Positions 46,224-56,298 of a DNA stretch of 62,020 nucleotides are shown here, piece after piece. Numbering within the stretch: position 1 is the stretch's first letter; every line of letters starts with the position of its first letter. Origin of the DNA: Planctomycetota bacterium (GTDB taxonomy: Bacteria > Planctomycetota > Planctomycetia > Gemmatales > Gemmataceae). Position numbers and translations under genes: made by a program. The DNA lies in contig JAPLNF010000297.1 in assembly GCA_026692965.1 (NCBI GenBank), positions 1-62,020 on the forward strand, read 5' to 3'. The notes under the pieces were generated by a model, which worked only from the letters and a program-made list of their open reading frames with translations, ran no database searches and was not told where the DNA came from.

Positions 46224-48033
46224 TTAAATGGTACCCGGGGTAATCTTGTGAAAGGGTTTTATGAGTACCCGAAGCGATTACCCTTTTGTTTTGAAAAAAG
46301 TAAACTTTATCACAAATAGACAGAGTTGATTCGCTTCCTTGGAGAAAAATAACAGTTTTTCCTCCAAGTGTTTTTTCGTAAACAGCAGTGATAATATCTT
46401 GGTTTTGGGTTGGATCAAGGTTGTGAGGTTCTTCCAAGATAAGTGTTTTTGCGTCTAGGTAAACGGATCGAGTTAAGCCAAGAAGAAATTGAAAAACAGA
46501 ATCAAAAGTATTGTTTTCGGGATCGTAAAAAAAATTGTAACTATCAGGCTGGGTAAGAATGGTTGCATGAATATTAGTGGTTTTTGCTGCCTCAAGCATC
46601 CTTGGCCAGTCAGGATTTTGTGAGTAATTACATATGATGTTTTGAAAAGTGTCAGGCATGATTTTAAAGAGTTCTGGGACGAAAGTGATTTCCTTAGGGA
46701 TTAAATTAATATTTAAATTTCTTACGTTGATGTTATCGAAGCGTATTTCCCCCATGTCCGGGGTAAGAGCGCAGGATAAGAGCAGGCCAAGTGCTATTCG
46801 CTGTTCTTTTTGAAGGCCAGCAAAACCAATGTAGTTGTTTTTATCGATATGAAGAGTAAGGTCGTTGATTAAGGGATTATTGAATCGGTTTTTAATAGAA
46901 ATTGCATCTAAATGAATTGTTTTAAAGCTTGGGAAAGCAAGAGAGCCTTCATGATGTTGGGTAAATCCAGATTTGTCTTCTAGTTTTTTAAATAGTTCTG
47001 TCGTTACTGGAAAATTTTCGCTCATTATGTTTTTGCAGTTAATCAAAAGCTTTGAATAAAAGGCAGTAAAGAAAGCAATCGAACCTGAGATAAATAAATC
47101 GGGCGTGCTTGTGATTTTAAGGGTGATGAATATTTCGGATAACAGAAGGTAAACTCCTAGGCATAGAATAAAGCAAAAATATCCGAGGTGTTGTTCAAGG
47201 TTGATATATAGGTTGATTTTTAATTTTGTGTTTAGGTGTTTGTTTGATACAAGGGAAAGTTTTTCGAGCCATATGTGTGAAAGTCCGAAAGCTTTAGAGA
47301 AAGACATGACATTGTAAAGTTTAAGAAACCAAGCGGATTCAATAGCAGAGTGTTGTTTTTGTTCCTGAAGGAAGAGATTGATTTTGTTTGCAAGAATTGT
47401 CTGAATTGCAAGAATTAGAAAGAATAGTCCAGAGAATATGAGGAAAAGGGCGGTATTTGCAATTAGTCCTGCGGTGGTAAAAAGAATTATTGCAATAACA
47501 GTTGGTTGTATTTTTGAGGTGTAAAGGATAAATAGTTCACCAGTTTTTTCGATGAGTTTATCTACATCCGAAATTTTTCCTGTGTGGTTTAGTAGTGATT
47601 GTTGAGACTTAAAAAAATCATTCTGATAGAAAACTTTTTGTAATATAGAGAGTTGTTTTTCTTTGCCGTAGAAGCAGATTGATTGCTCCAACAAGCGGAT
47701 TACAAGAAAAGAAAAGCTGAAAGAAGGGATGAGTATTGAAATTGCAATTTGTGGGTTTGGGCCCCAACCGTGGAGCGAGATCCAGGTCCAAAAGTGATTG
47801 ACAAATGCAGATGAAGTTTTAGGCCCTAGGGGTAAAGCGGTTTCATTATTTATGAATGGGAGTGCTTCTGAAAAAAGAAAAAAGCAGGTGCACCAGCAAA
47901 GAAATAAGACAAATAAAATTGCTGAGTATTTGAGGAACGATAGTAAAAAAGCAACATAGCCCAACCAACGGTGGGTTGATTGGTAGTTGATAAGTTTGAA
48001 AAAAAACAGTTTATGGTCAATAATTTCGGGCAT
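46210..48033 (-). CDS. ABC half-transporter-like protein (6-TM domain + degenerate nucleotide-binding domain)
   Basis: The N-terminal about 330 aa are multi-TM. The C-terminal NBD-like region has Walker A replaced by GFAGLQKEQRIA and no LSGGQ. Walker-B-like TLILEEPHNLD is retained. Noticeably AT-rich. Confidence 0.5.
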   Translation of the reverse strand: MPEIIDHKLFFFKLINYQSTHRWLGYVAFLLSFLKYSAILFVLFLCWCTCFFLFSEALPFINNETALPLGPKTSSAFVNHFWTWISLHGWGPNPQIAISILIPSFSFSFLVIRLLEQSICFYGKEKQLSILQKVFYQNDFFKSQQSLLNHTGKISDVDKLIEKTGELFILYTSKIQPTVIAIILFTTAGLIANTALFLIFSGLFFLILAIQTILANKINLFLQEQKQHSAIESAWFLKLYNVMSFSKAFGLSHIWLEKLSLVSNKHLNTKLKINLYINLEQHLGYFCFILCLGVYLLLSEIFITLKITSTPDLFISGSIAFFTAFYSKLLINCKNIMSENFPVTTELFKKLEDKSGFTQHHEGSLAFPSFKTIHLDAISIKNRFNNPLINDLTLHIDKNNYIGFAGLQKEQRIALGLLLSCALTPDMGEIRFDNINVRNLNINLIPKEITFVPELFKIMPDTFQNIICNYSQNPDWPRMLEAAKTTNIHATILTQPDSYNFFYDPENNTFDSVFQFLLGLTRSVYLDAKTLILEEPHNLDPTQNQDIITAVYEKTLGGKTVIFLQGSESTLSICDKVYFFQNKRVIASGTHKTLSQDYPGYHLINNL

Positions 48034-48074
48034 ATCCCACCCGTGTAAGTGCCAAATCCATGGCGAAAAACAAA

Positions 48075-49307
48075 CTAAGCCAGATCTCGATCTTCAAACA
48101 AAATCAGGCCGACAATAAGTGCAACGGTAGTGTAAATTAATCCGTAGAAGCTGACCGATAAAACATAAATAGCAAAGGGTATAAAATCTGGAGGCGTATC
48201 GCCAACGATGGCTGGTCCCACCCGGAAAAACTCCAAGCCGGGAAGAAATAAGTCGAAGACTCCCGCCATAAATCCAAGAAGTCGGGAGACAGGCGAATCA
48301 GGGTCAGTGGCTTTGGATTTCTCACCAATAGCTACCAAAACAGGTGTTAGGTGTGCAAGGAAGTAGATTACGAGAACAGTGCTAAGATTTACAACCATGG
48401 GCAAGCGGGTTGCAAGAGATACGGAAATTGAAACCAAAACGCTGACTTGGCAAAAACTAAGGATAAGGCCTGGGAAGGTTTCAAGCGTATGTTGTATCCA
48501 GAAGGCCAAGCCGTTGATAAGATCTTTGGTTTCTGATGGTAATGTTGAATTTGAAAGAAAGAGTTTGATCCATTCTGGGTTAGATACAGGATCCATTCTG
48601 TCGAGCCAATGTTTGTATAGAAGAATGGATTGAAATATTACAAACAAAATCGAAGACATGAGAAAAGCAGAAAGAAGGATACCGACAAATTTGCCGAGTA
48701 GGAATTGCCTGCGTGAAATCGGTTTGCTCATGAGTGTGACAGCGGTACGGCCTTCGATTTCTTCACTTACGGAAATACTTGCTGCCAAGGTTCCGAAGAC
48801 CACTGCTGCTAGCATAATGGTGTCGTAGCCTAACTCTTTAACCATAATGAGATCTTCGCCGAAGGTGAAATAAGGTATGAAAGGGGAAACAAGCAGAGCA
48901 AATAGTGCGAGGCTAGAAAGGAGCCAAAACATAGGTTGCCTAATGCCTTCACGAAAAGCGGCTTGGGCAACAGCGCCACCTTTAGGCCAGATTTTGAGTA
49001 GTACAAAAAAAGTAAAAACAAAGGTATCAAGTATTAGCTGTGTTTGAAAGATGCCCCCATAAACTCTGCCTGCAGTTTCGATGCTATTGGTTTCCTGAAG
49101 GAAGGTGTGAAAAATCGGTGGGAAAATTGCACCAAGAATAAACATGGTCGCCAAGGTGCTTAATAACGCGATAGTTTTGGGTTTGGCGTTGGAGTAATTT
49201 TCTGAGAAGAAAAGCGTGATCATCCAAGGAATGGCAATTAAAAATTGTGCCCAAATAAATCCTGATTCGATAAGCCATTGTTGAAACGATAAGTTCATAA
49301 GATCCAA
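48075..49307 (-). CDS. ABC-2-type permease-like multi-pass membrane protein
   Basis: EEIEGRTAVTLMSKPISRRQFLLGKFVG is the typical ABC-2 permease loop motif. About 10 TM segments. Confidence 0.5.
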   Translation of the reverse strand: MDLMNLSFQQWLIESGFIWAQFLIAIPWMITLFFSENYSNAKPKTIALLSTLATMFILGAIFPPIFHTFLQETNSIETAGRVYGGIFQTQLILDTFVFTFFVLLKIWPKGGAVAQAAFREGIRQPMFWLLSSLALFALLVSPFIPYFTFGEDLIMVKELGYDTIMLAAVVFGTLAASISVSEEIEGRTAVTLMSKPISRRQFLLGKFVGILLSAFLMSSILFVIFQSILLYKHWLDRMDPVSNPEWIKLFLSNSTLPSETKDLINGLAFWIQHTLETFPGLILSFCQVSVLVSISVSLATRLPMVVNLSTVLVIYFLAHLTPVLVAIGEKSKATDPDSPVSRLLGFMAGVFDLFLPGLEFFRVGPAIVGDTPPDFIPFAIYVLSVSFYGLIYTTVALIVGLILFEDRDLA

Positions 49308-49369
49308 GCCTCGGGAAAAACCAACATATTGATAAGCAAAACACCATGCAAATAAGGAAAAACAGTACT

Positions 49370-49669
49370 TTAATAATCTATGTTATAGTCGACATAGCCA
49401 AGAGAAGGAATAATATTTACCTTTATATCTGTGATGTTATCGTGAAATCTATCTTGTACCAATATCAAGAACGAGTCAACCTTTTCCTTATCTCCTTCGG
49501 CGGAGAATTCAACGGTTCCATTAGGGAGGTTTTTCACCCGCCCGTATAGTTCGAAACGCTGGGCGATTTGAATGACGGTTTGCCTAAATCCAACACCTTG
49601 GACTAATCCGGAAACTACTGCTTTAATGCAGTATAAGTTGTTATCCTGCATAGGTTTAGTTGGTTTCAA
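49370..49669 (-). CDS. acyP: acylphosphatase
   Basis: VSGLVQGVGFRQ and GRVKNLPNGTVE motifs. 99 aa. Overlaps the nadK end by 14 nt. Confidence 0.8.
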   Translation of the reverse strand: MKPTKPMQDNNLYCIKAVVSGLVQGVGFRQTVIQIAQRFELYGRVKNLPNGTVEFSAEGDKEKVDSFLILVQDRFHDNITDIKVNIIPSLGYVDYNIDY

Positions 49670-50501
49670 TGCGGTAGTTTGGGTGTACGCCCCAATTCAA
49701 TTTTTCACGTAGAGTTCGATAAAAGTTCTTATTAGCAACCTTGGCTAATTGGAATTTGACAGGTGCTTTTTTGAATGTAATTCGGGAGCCTTTAATGAGG
49801 GGGATTTTTTCCTGCCCATCGATAACTAGGCTTGTCCCTTTAGTTACCCGGTTCATGACCAAATTGTAAATTTTTGCAGAGGAATCTACCACGCAGCGAC
49901 TTGTAAGCACATGTGGGCAAATGGGGTTGATTACAAACGCTTCGATTTCTTGATTTAAAATAGGCCCGCCTGCAGAAAGGTTGTAGGCCGTTGATCCGAT
50001 CGGGGTACTCATGATCAATCCGTCTGCCATGTAGGTGCACACGGTTTCTTCATCTACAATTAAATCAATTTCAACCATATGGAAGGGCGCGCCCGCATGG
50101 ATTGAGATTTCATTAAGGCCCAGAAAGGGGCCGGCTTTATCTTTTACATTGGTAAGACATTCAAACATAAGGTGGTTTGTAATCCTAAAATTGCTTTTGG
50201 CGATCTCAGGAACGCACTCTTCCAGTTCCGCAATATTCAAATCTGCCAGAAAGCCCAAGCGCCCAAGGTTTATGCCAAGTACTGGGATTTGGTTGTAGCC
50301 CATTTGTCTGGCAGCGCGAAGGATCGCACCATCTCCTCCCAAGACAAAAGTTAGATCAGCTTTGTATTTGGAAAGATCTTCTTTTTGCTCAAGATCAACA
50401 AGTACAACTTCGAAGTGCTTTTTAAGCAGGGGAAGCAGTTTTTCTGACTGGGTGGTTACGCCAGGGCGTTGTGCATTTCCGAGGATGAAAATTTTCATCA
50501 A
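49656..50501 (-). CDS. nadK: NAD(+) kinase
   Basis: VLGGDGAILRAARQ, GINLGRLGFL, and TPIGSTAYNLSAGGPI. Confidence 0.9.
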   Translation of the reverse strand: MMKIFILGNAQRPGVTTQSEKLLPLLKKHFEVVLVDLEQKEDLSKYKADLTFVLGGDGAILRAARQMGYNQIPVLGINLGRLGFLADLNIAELEECVPEIAKSNFRITNHLMFECLTNVKDKAGPFLGLNEISIHAGAPFHMVEIDLIVDEETVCTYMADGLIMSTPIGSTAYNLSAGGPILNQEIEAFVINPICPHVLTSRCVVDSSAKIYNLVMNRVTKGTSLVIDGQEKIPLIKGSRITFKKAPVKFQLAKVANKNFYRTLREKLNWGVHPNYRIETN

Positions 50502-50517
50502 GTGAAAGGTCCGTTAG

Positions 50518-51033
50518 TTATTTTCCAAGGGTTTGTCTGGAGGCGCTTACATCCTTGGCAAACCATTGCTTTGCAGCGTTGGCTATACCGATGGCATCAA
50601 GCCCCAAGTCATGAAGAAGTTCAGTTCTTTCGCCATGTTCGACAAAACTATCGGGCAATCCAAGACGAATCAACTTGCGGGTTTCAATACCAGAAGAATT
50701 GGCTGCCTCAAGAAGCGCACTGCCAAACCCGCCTTCTAAAGATCCTTCCTCGACGGTAACAACCAAATTGGATTCTTCCATGGCTTTAAACAAGGTGTTT
50801 TTATCTAATGGTTTTAAGAATCGGGCATTGATGACGCCAACTTGGAAGCCTTCTTCACGCAAAATTTCAGCAGCTTTACAGCATTCGTCAAGCAGGGTTC
50901 CATAGGCAATAAGGGCGATGTCTTCCCCCCATTCAAGAACTTCCGCTTGCCCTATTTCAAGGGGAACAAAATCGCGTAAGCTCCATGATGGGTAGGGCCA
51001 TCGGGGCCGGTAATCCCAGCGCGATCCAAGCAA
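50518..51033 (-). pseudogene. dxs: 1-deoxy-D-xylulose-5-phosphate synthase, C-terminal fragment in a shifted frame (real homology begins near nt 50970)
   Basis: From ...FVPLEIGQAEVLEWGEDIALIAYGTLL...INARFLKPLD...VTVEEGSLEGGFGS... it matches the Dxs C-terminal domain. The first about 20 codons of the listed ORF are an out-of-frame reading of the N-fragment. Confidence 0.7.
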
Positions 51034-52283
51034 AAGAGTACAGGTAGATTTTGTAAAGATACTTCTTGGAAAACCTGATCAAAAGATCGCTGTAAGAAAG
51101 TTGAATAAATATCAACGATAGGACGATTGCCGGTTTTGGCGAGGCCCGCTGCAAAAGCGACTGCATGGGATTCGCAAATGCCCACATCAAAGAATCGCTC
51201 GGGAAATACCTCTCGGATCTTCTCTAGTTTATTTCCTTGGCACATGGCTGCAGTGATCACGCAAACCTTTTTGTTTTCTTGCATGATTTTAAAAATGCTA
51301 GAGCTAACAGCATCGGTATAGCCTTTGCTGCCACCGCGTTTCATAGAAATAAGAGTTCGTTCGGGACCAACTTTTTCGAAAACCGGTGGCGTATGGAATG
51401 TAACAGGATCTTCACTTGCCTGAGGCACACCACAGCCTTTTTGGGTAAGCACATGAAGAAGGATTGGACCTTTTTGTTCTTTGATATCCGCAAACCATTT
51501 AAGCATTCCGGGTAAGTCATGGCCATCAATTGGGCCAAAATAGCGGAACCCAAACTCTTCAAACAATCTTCCGCCCATTAAAGATGCTTTGAGCCCGTCT
51601 TTTAATTGTTCGAGGGCTTGTTTGGCGACGCTGCCAAACGGGATCTTTTCTAGAAGATCTTTTATTTGTCGTTTTGAATCTTGGTAAAGCGAGGTTAATC
51701 TTGCTTGATCAAGACATTTTGCAAGCGATCCCACTCTTGGGCAAATCGACATTTCGTTGTCATTGAGAATAACGAGGAGGTTTTTATCAAGGCCACCTGC
51801 GTTATTAAGTGCTTCAAAAACAATCCCAGAAGGAAGGGCTCCATCACCTATAACTGCGATACTGTGCCTGTCGGTGTTGCCGTTGAGGTCGTCGCCAACT
51901 TTTAATCCAAGTGCAGTAGAAAGGCTGCAGCCTGCATGGCCTGTCATAAAAAGATCGAAATTGCTTTCAGCGGGATTAGGATATCCCATCAGGCCGCCCT
52001 TGGTGCGGATGGTATCGAAATTTCGGTATCGGCCCGTAATTAATTTGTGGGGATAAATCTGATGCCCAGTGTCCCAGATAATGCGATCTTTGGTGAAATC
52101 ATAGCTTAAGTGAAGGGCAACACATAATTCAACCACACCCAAATTGCTGGCAAAATGCGCAGGCCTTAAACTTAGTACTCGGACTAATTCGTCCCGCATT
52201 TCCTGACATAGGATTTCAAGTTCCTGATGGTCAAGAAGTTTAAGATCTTCGGGCCCTTCAATTTTCGGCAGAATTCTATGCAT
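50952..52283 (-). pseudogene. dxs: 1-deoxy-D-xylulose-5-phosphate synthase, N-terminal fragment ending prematurely
   Basis: WDTGHQIYPHKLITGR, GHAGCSLSTALG, VIGDGALPSG, ILNDNEMSI, DVGICESHAV and DRAGITGPDGPTHHGAY. Nine aberrant codons and a TAG stop at 50952 follow. Confidence 0.75.
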
Positions 52284-52345
52284 TGCAACTATCCTTTGTG
52301 CATCCTAAAACCCGGCGTCGATTGCCAGATGTGTTTTCATTATAC

Positions 52346-53317
52346 CTAATGATCGCGTGAAACAAGATAATCCGCCAAATCAATTAAAGGCGCAGCATTG
52401 GGGCCAAGTTGGCTTGCCAGATTTTGCGCATTTTTACAAAGGTCTACGGCTAAAAGCTTACTCTGTTCAATCCCCAATAACCCAGGATAAGTTAGTTTAC
52501 CCTTTTGCGCATCTTTTCCAACTCGTTTTCCTGCAGATTCGCATTTTCCTAGAACATCGAGAAGATCGTCAGTTACTTGAAAGGCAAGCCCTATGTTTTG
52601 ACCGTAGTTATCAAGTATCTGCAACAAATCTTCGGGAGGTGTTCTGTTTTGGCTAGCAAATGAAACAATGGCACCTAATTTCAGACTTGTGCGAATCAAA
52701 GCCCCTGTTTTTCGATCATGCAAATTCTTTAAGTGCTGAGTAGTTGGTTCTTTAGGGTGATCTTCGCCTCGCACTCCGGGTTTTCCTTCCCAAGCTAAAT
52801 CTTCTACTTGGCCTCCAACCATGCCACAGGCCCCTGCCCCTTTTGCCAATTCTAAACAGCATTCTGCACCGGCTAGGGCTGGATAACTTTTTGCTAGCAC
52901 TTCGAACGCTTTTGTAAGAAGCGCGTCGCCCGCAAGAATTGCCAAGGCCTCACCATAGACTTTATGGCAAGTGGGTCTGCCACGCCTAAGGTCATCATCA
53001 TCCATAGCAGGAAGATCGTCGTGAATCAAAGAGTAAGCATGAATAAATTCTACAGCACAGGCTGCGGGCCATGGGTTTGTGTTTTCAAAACCAAAAGCGT
53101 TTGATGCCAGTAATACAAGAACAGGCCTTAGCCTTTTCCCGGGGGCAAGCACGCTATAGCGCATTGCCTCTAACAAACGAACAGGCATACCTTCTTGCAG
53201 TTGAAGGCAATTGCTTAAATGAGTATCAACTTTGGATGCTAGGGTTTTCCAAACACTGAGGAAATTATCCTGATCCTTGGATATCTTTTGCAGCACTCTT
53301 ATTTCCTTAAATACCAA
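52346..53317 (-). CDS. ispA: (2E,6E)-farnesyl/geranylgeranyl diphosphate synthase (polyprenyl synthetase family)
   Basis: First DDxxD region LIHDDLPAMDDDDLRRGRPTCH. Second region FQVTDDLLD. Confidence 0.85.
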   Translation of the reverse strand: MVFKEIRVLQKISKDQDNFLSVWKTLASKVDTHLSNCLQLQEGMPVRLLEAMRYSVLAPGKRLRPVLVLLASNAFGFENTNPWPAACAVEFIHAYSLIHDDLPAMDDDDLRRGRPTCHKVYGEALAILAGDALLTKAFEVLAKSYPALAGAECCLELAKGAGACGMVGGQVEDLAWEGKPGVRGEDHPKEPTTQHLKNLHDRKTGALIRTSLKLGAIVSFASQNRTPPEDLLQILDNYGQNIGLAFQVTDDLLDVLGKCESAGKRVGKDAQKGKLTYPGLLGIEQSKLLAVDLCKNAQNLASQLGPNAAPLIDLADYLVSRDH

Positions 53318-53444
53318 CAGCTAATTTCAAGGGTCCATCCTAGCATTAATTCCTAGGGCACCGCCAACAGGTATACTAAACCTTTGCAAGCTTCGCCCAA
53401 GCAATTGTGAAATAATAGCGATCAGGCAAGCTTTATCGATCAAG

Positions 53445-53747
53445 TTAACTGGGGAGATTGTCTTTTTCCACAGAAAACAATCCTTGTTGCTCTTTTCCTT
53501 CAGTGGATTCGTGGTTGAATTTTTGCAAAAGGGGTTGCCCTGAAGCATCAACTCCACTTAATAGTTGGATTTTCTGTTCAGCTTCTTTGAGGCTAAGTTG
53601 GCAACTTTGAATTAGGCGAATGCCTTTTTCGTAAAGCTTAAGGTGGTCATCAAGATCGATCTGACTATTTTCGAGTTCTCTGACAATTTCTTCAAGATCT
53701 TTGAGTGAGGTTTCGAATTTTTGGGCTGTATTCTTTTTGATTGCCAT
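53445..53747 (-). CDS. xseB: exodeoxyribonuclease VII small subunit
   Basis: FETSLKDLEEIVRELENSQIDLDDHLKLYEKGIRL is the typical XseB helical hairpin. 100 aa. Confidence 0.88.
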   Translation of the reverse strand: MAIKKNTAQKFETSLKDLEEIVRELENSQIDLDDHLKLYEKGIRLIQSCQLSLKEAEQKIQLLSGVDASGQPLLQKFNHESTEGKEQQGLFSVEKDNLPS

Positions 53748-53772
53748 GGTGCTTTAACTCTCCAAATGGTGA

Positions 53773-55023
53773 TTAGTTTTCGATGTTTTTAACTTCGCTG
53801 ATAACAGTTCCATTGTGCAGCCTAGTACAAAGCAAGTCGCCTGGGGCCAAAGATTCTGCAGAAGCAATGACTGATGCTTTATCAGATTCAAATTGTTTTG
53901 CCCTCATCGTGATGCTGTAGCCCCGGGTAAGGATATTAAGCGGGCTAAGTGATTGCAGCTTTTCAATGAAAAATGCAATTTTCTCTGTTTTTTGGCGCAT
54001 AAAGGTGCTTGAAGTACGATTGAACTTTTCGATCGTGTCGTCAAAGCGTTGCGACTTTTGATTCAAATAATCCAATGGTTTTTGCAAACATCTTCGTGTC
54101 GAGAGCAATTTTAAATGCTGGTGAAACTTCTGGATTTTTAGATCAATGGACTGATGCATGTATTCTGCTGAAGCTTCTAGATGACCAGCAATTTCGTGTT
54201 GGTTAGGTGATATTCTGGTGGCAGCTTCGGTAGGGGTGACTGCTCTTAAATCTGCAATAAGATCTGCGAGTGTAAAATCATCTTCGTGGCCCACCGCACT
54301 TACGGTTGGGATTAAAGATTCGAAAAGTGCATCTGCAACAATTTCGGAATTAAAGGCATACAAATCTTCAGAACTACCCCCTCCCCTACCAACCACCATT
54401 ACATCTATTTTGAAATCTTCCATCAGGCTGGAGCGGTTAAGTAGTTTTATTGCATTGGCTATTTCGGAGGGTGCCGAGTCGCCTTGAACTCTTGCAGGAG
54501 AAAGCCAAATTTCTGCCATCGGCCATCGTTTTCCAAGCACTTCAAGCATGTCGCGTACAGCTGAACCCGTTGCGCTTGTGACTAGTCCGATCCTATTCGG
54601 AAATGGAGGAATCGCCCTTTTTCTTTCCTGATTGAAGTACCCTTTGGCTTTCAATTTTTCTTTAAGCTGCCTTAAAAGAAGTTCTTGCTCGCCAACTCCC
54701 ATAAGTTTTACATCTTCGCCTATGACTTGAAACTCACCTCGCGCAGCGTAAAGGCTGGGCTTACCCCGAAGAATGATTTTTTTTCCTTCTTGCAGGTTGC
54801 GGCCATGCCTTATTGCATGCCCTTTGAATATCACAGCCCTTACGCTGCTTTGTTCGTCTTTAAGCGAAAAATAGACATGCCCAGATGCAGGTTTAGAGAG
54901 ATTTGATATTTCTCCAGCTATCCAGAGGGGTGGGAATTGCCCTTCGAGCAAGTCTTTTGCCAAGGTATTTAGCTGACTTACGGAAATATAAAAGTTGTCT
55001 TCTTTGGGAGCATCAATCGGCAT
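53773..55023 (-). CDS. xseA: exodeoxyribonuclease VII large subunit
   Basis: OB-fold N-terminus VSQLNTLAKDLLEGQFPPLWIAGEISN...GHVYFSLKD. Then VVGRGGGSSEDL and SAVGHEDD. Confidence 0.9.
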   Translation of the reverse strand: MPIDAPKEDNFYISVSQLNTLAKDLLEGQFPPLWIAGEISNLSKPASGHVYFSLKDEQSSVRAVIFKGHAIRHGRNLQEGKKIILRGKPSLYAARGEFQVIGEDVKLMGVGEQELLLRQLKEKLKAKGYFNQERKRAIPPFPNRIGLVTSATGSAVRDMLEVLGKRWPMAEIWLSPARVQGDSAPSEIANAIKLLNRSSLMEDFKIDVMVVGRGGGSSEDLYAFNSEIVADALFESLIPTVSAVGHEDDFTLADLIADLRAVTPTEAATRISPNQHEIAGHLEASAEYMHQSIDLKIQKFHQHLKLLSTRRCLQKPLDYLNQKSQRFDDTIEKFNRTSSTFMRQKTEKIAFFIEKLQSLSPLNILTRGYSITMRAKQFESDKASVIASAESLAPGDLLCTRLHNGTVISEVKNIEN

Positions 55024-56150
55024 TAGTTTGATCCTGCAATCGGAGAGAAAGGCAAGCCAAAGGTTTGGGCGACGGCGCTGTTGGTTATTTTGCCCTCGAA
55101 AATATTAATGCCAGAGGCGATGGGGCGGCTTTTTTCAGCAGCACCTTCAATCCCCATCTTTGCAAGTTGAAGTACAAAAGGCAGTGTAACATTTGTCAGC
55201 GCAAAGGTGCTGGTTCTTCCTACGGCACCGGGCATGTTTGTTACGCAGTAGTGAACAATATCGTCAACAATAAATGTTGGTTGGTGGTGTGTAGTAGGCC
55301 TCGAAGTTTCGACACACCCACCTTGATCAATTGCAACATCGATAATCACCGCACGGGGAAGCATTATTTTAAGGTCTTCTCGTTTTACCAAATGTGGGGC
55401 TTTGGCACCGGGAATTAATATCGCACCGATTAAAAGATCCGCTGTCGCAAGGCTTTGCCTTAGGCTGTGTCTATCGCTAAATAGGGTAGTTACATTTTTT
55501 GGCATAACATCGTCCAGATATCTAAGGCGGTCTAGGTTGATGTCTAGCAAAGTGACATTTGCGCCAAGCCCTGCTGCAACTTTAGCCGCGTTTGCGCCAA
55601 CAACCCCTGCCCCTAAAATAACAACGTTTGCAGGTGCCACCCCGGGAACCCCTCCCAGCAGTATTCCCCTGCCTTCGAAAGGCCTTTCCAAATATTTTGC
55701 ACCTTCTTGAATGCTCATTCTTCCTGCGACTTCGCTCATAGGGGTTAGCAGCGGTAGGTGCCCGGATGAATCTTTGATGGTTTCATAAGCAACGGCGGTT
55801 GCCCCGCTTTTCATGACTGCTTGCGTGAGTTTCTCATCTGCAGCGAAATGGAAGTAAGTGAAAATAACCTGTGCTTTTCGCATCAACGGCCATTCTGCTT
55901 CCATAGGTTCTTTGACTTTTACGATTAGGTCTGCCCGTGACCAAATTTCTTCGCGTGTTGCAATTATAGTTGCACCATGCTTGAGGTAATCCTGATCTGA
56001 AATGCCGCTGCCCAATCCTGCGCCTGTTTGAATTAATATTTGGTGCCCTGCCCTGCAAAGTTCATCCACCCCGACTGGAGTTAGAGCGACCCTGTACTCG
56101 TGGTTTTTTATTTCTGCGGGTACACCGACAATAAGTTTTTTCTCGGTCAT
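55023..56150 (-). CDS. ald: alanine dehydrogenase
   Basis: VPAEIKNHEYRVALTP, VVILGAGVVGANAA and DVAIDQGGC motifs. 375 aa. Confidence 0.92.
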   Translation of the reverse strand: MTEKKLIVGVPAEIKNHEYRVALTPVGVDELCRAGHQILIQTGAGLGSGISDQDYLKHGATIIATREEIWSRADLIVKVKEPMEAEWPLMRKAQVIFTYFHFAADEKLTQAVMKSGATAVAYETIKDSSGHLPLLTPMSEVAGRMSIQEGAKYLERPFEGRGILLGGVPGVAPANVVILGAGVVGANAAKVAAGLGANVTLLDINLDRLRYLDDVMPKNVTTLFSDRHSLRQSLATADLLIGAILIPGAKAPHLVKREDLKIMLPRAVIIDVAIDQGGCVETSRPTTHHQPTFIVDDIVHYCVTNMPGAVGRTSTFALTNVTLPFVLQLAKMGIEGAAEKSRPIASGINIFEGKITNSAVAQTFGLPFSPIAGSN

Positions 56151-56298
56151 ATCGGGTTTCCTGCTTCCACGCTGTTTGCCTAAAAAGCTTGATTAATTAA
56201 GAACGAAGAAATTCTATGAGTAATCAACCTGTAAAGTGTTAGTTTCATCCTATAATAAAATTTACTCAGGAGTTATTTTTAACAAATAGGAACGATTC

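Noticed and set aside
53327-53557. 76-aa ORF between ispA and xseB that overlaps the xseB 3' end.
   Set aside because: It overlaps a well-supported xseB in another frame and shows no homology signal. The 127-nt xseB-ispA spacer is more likely non-coding.
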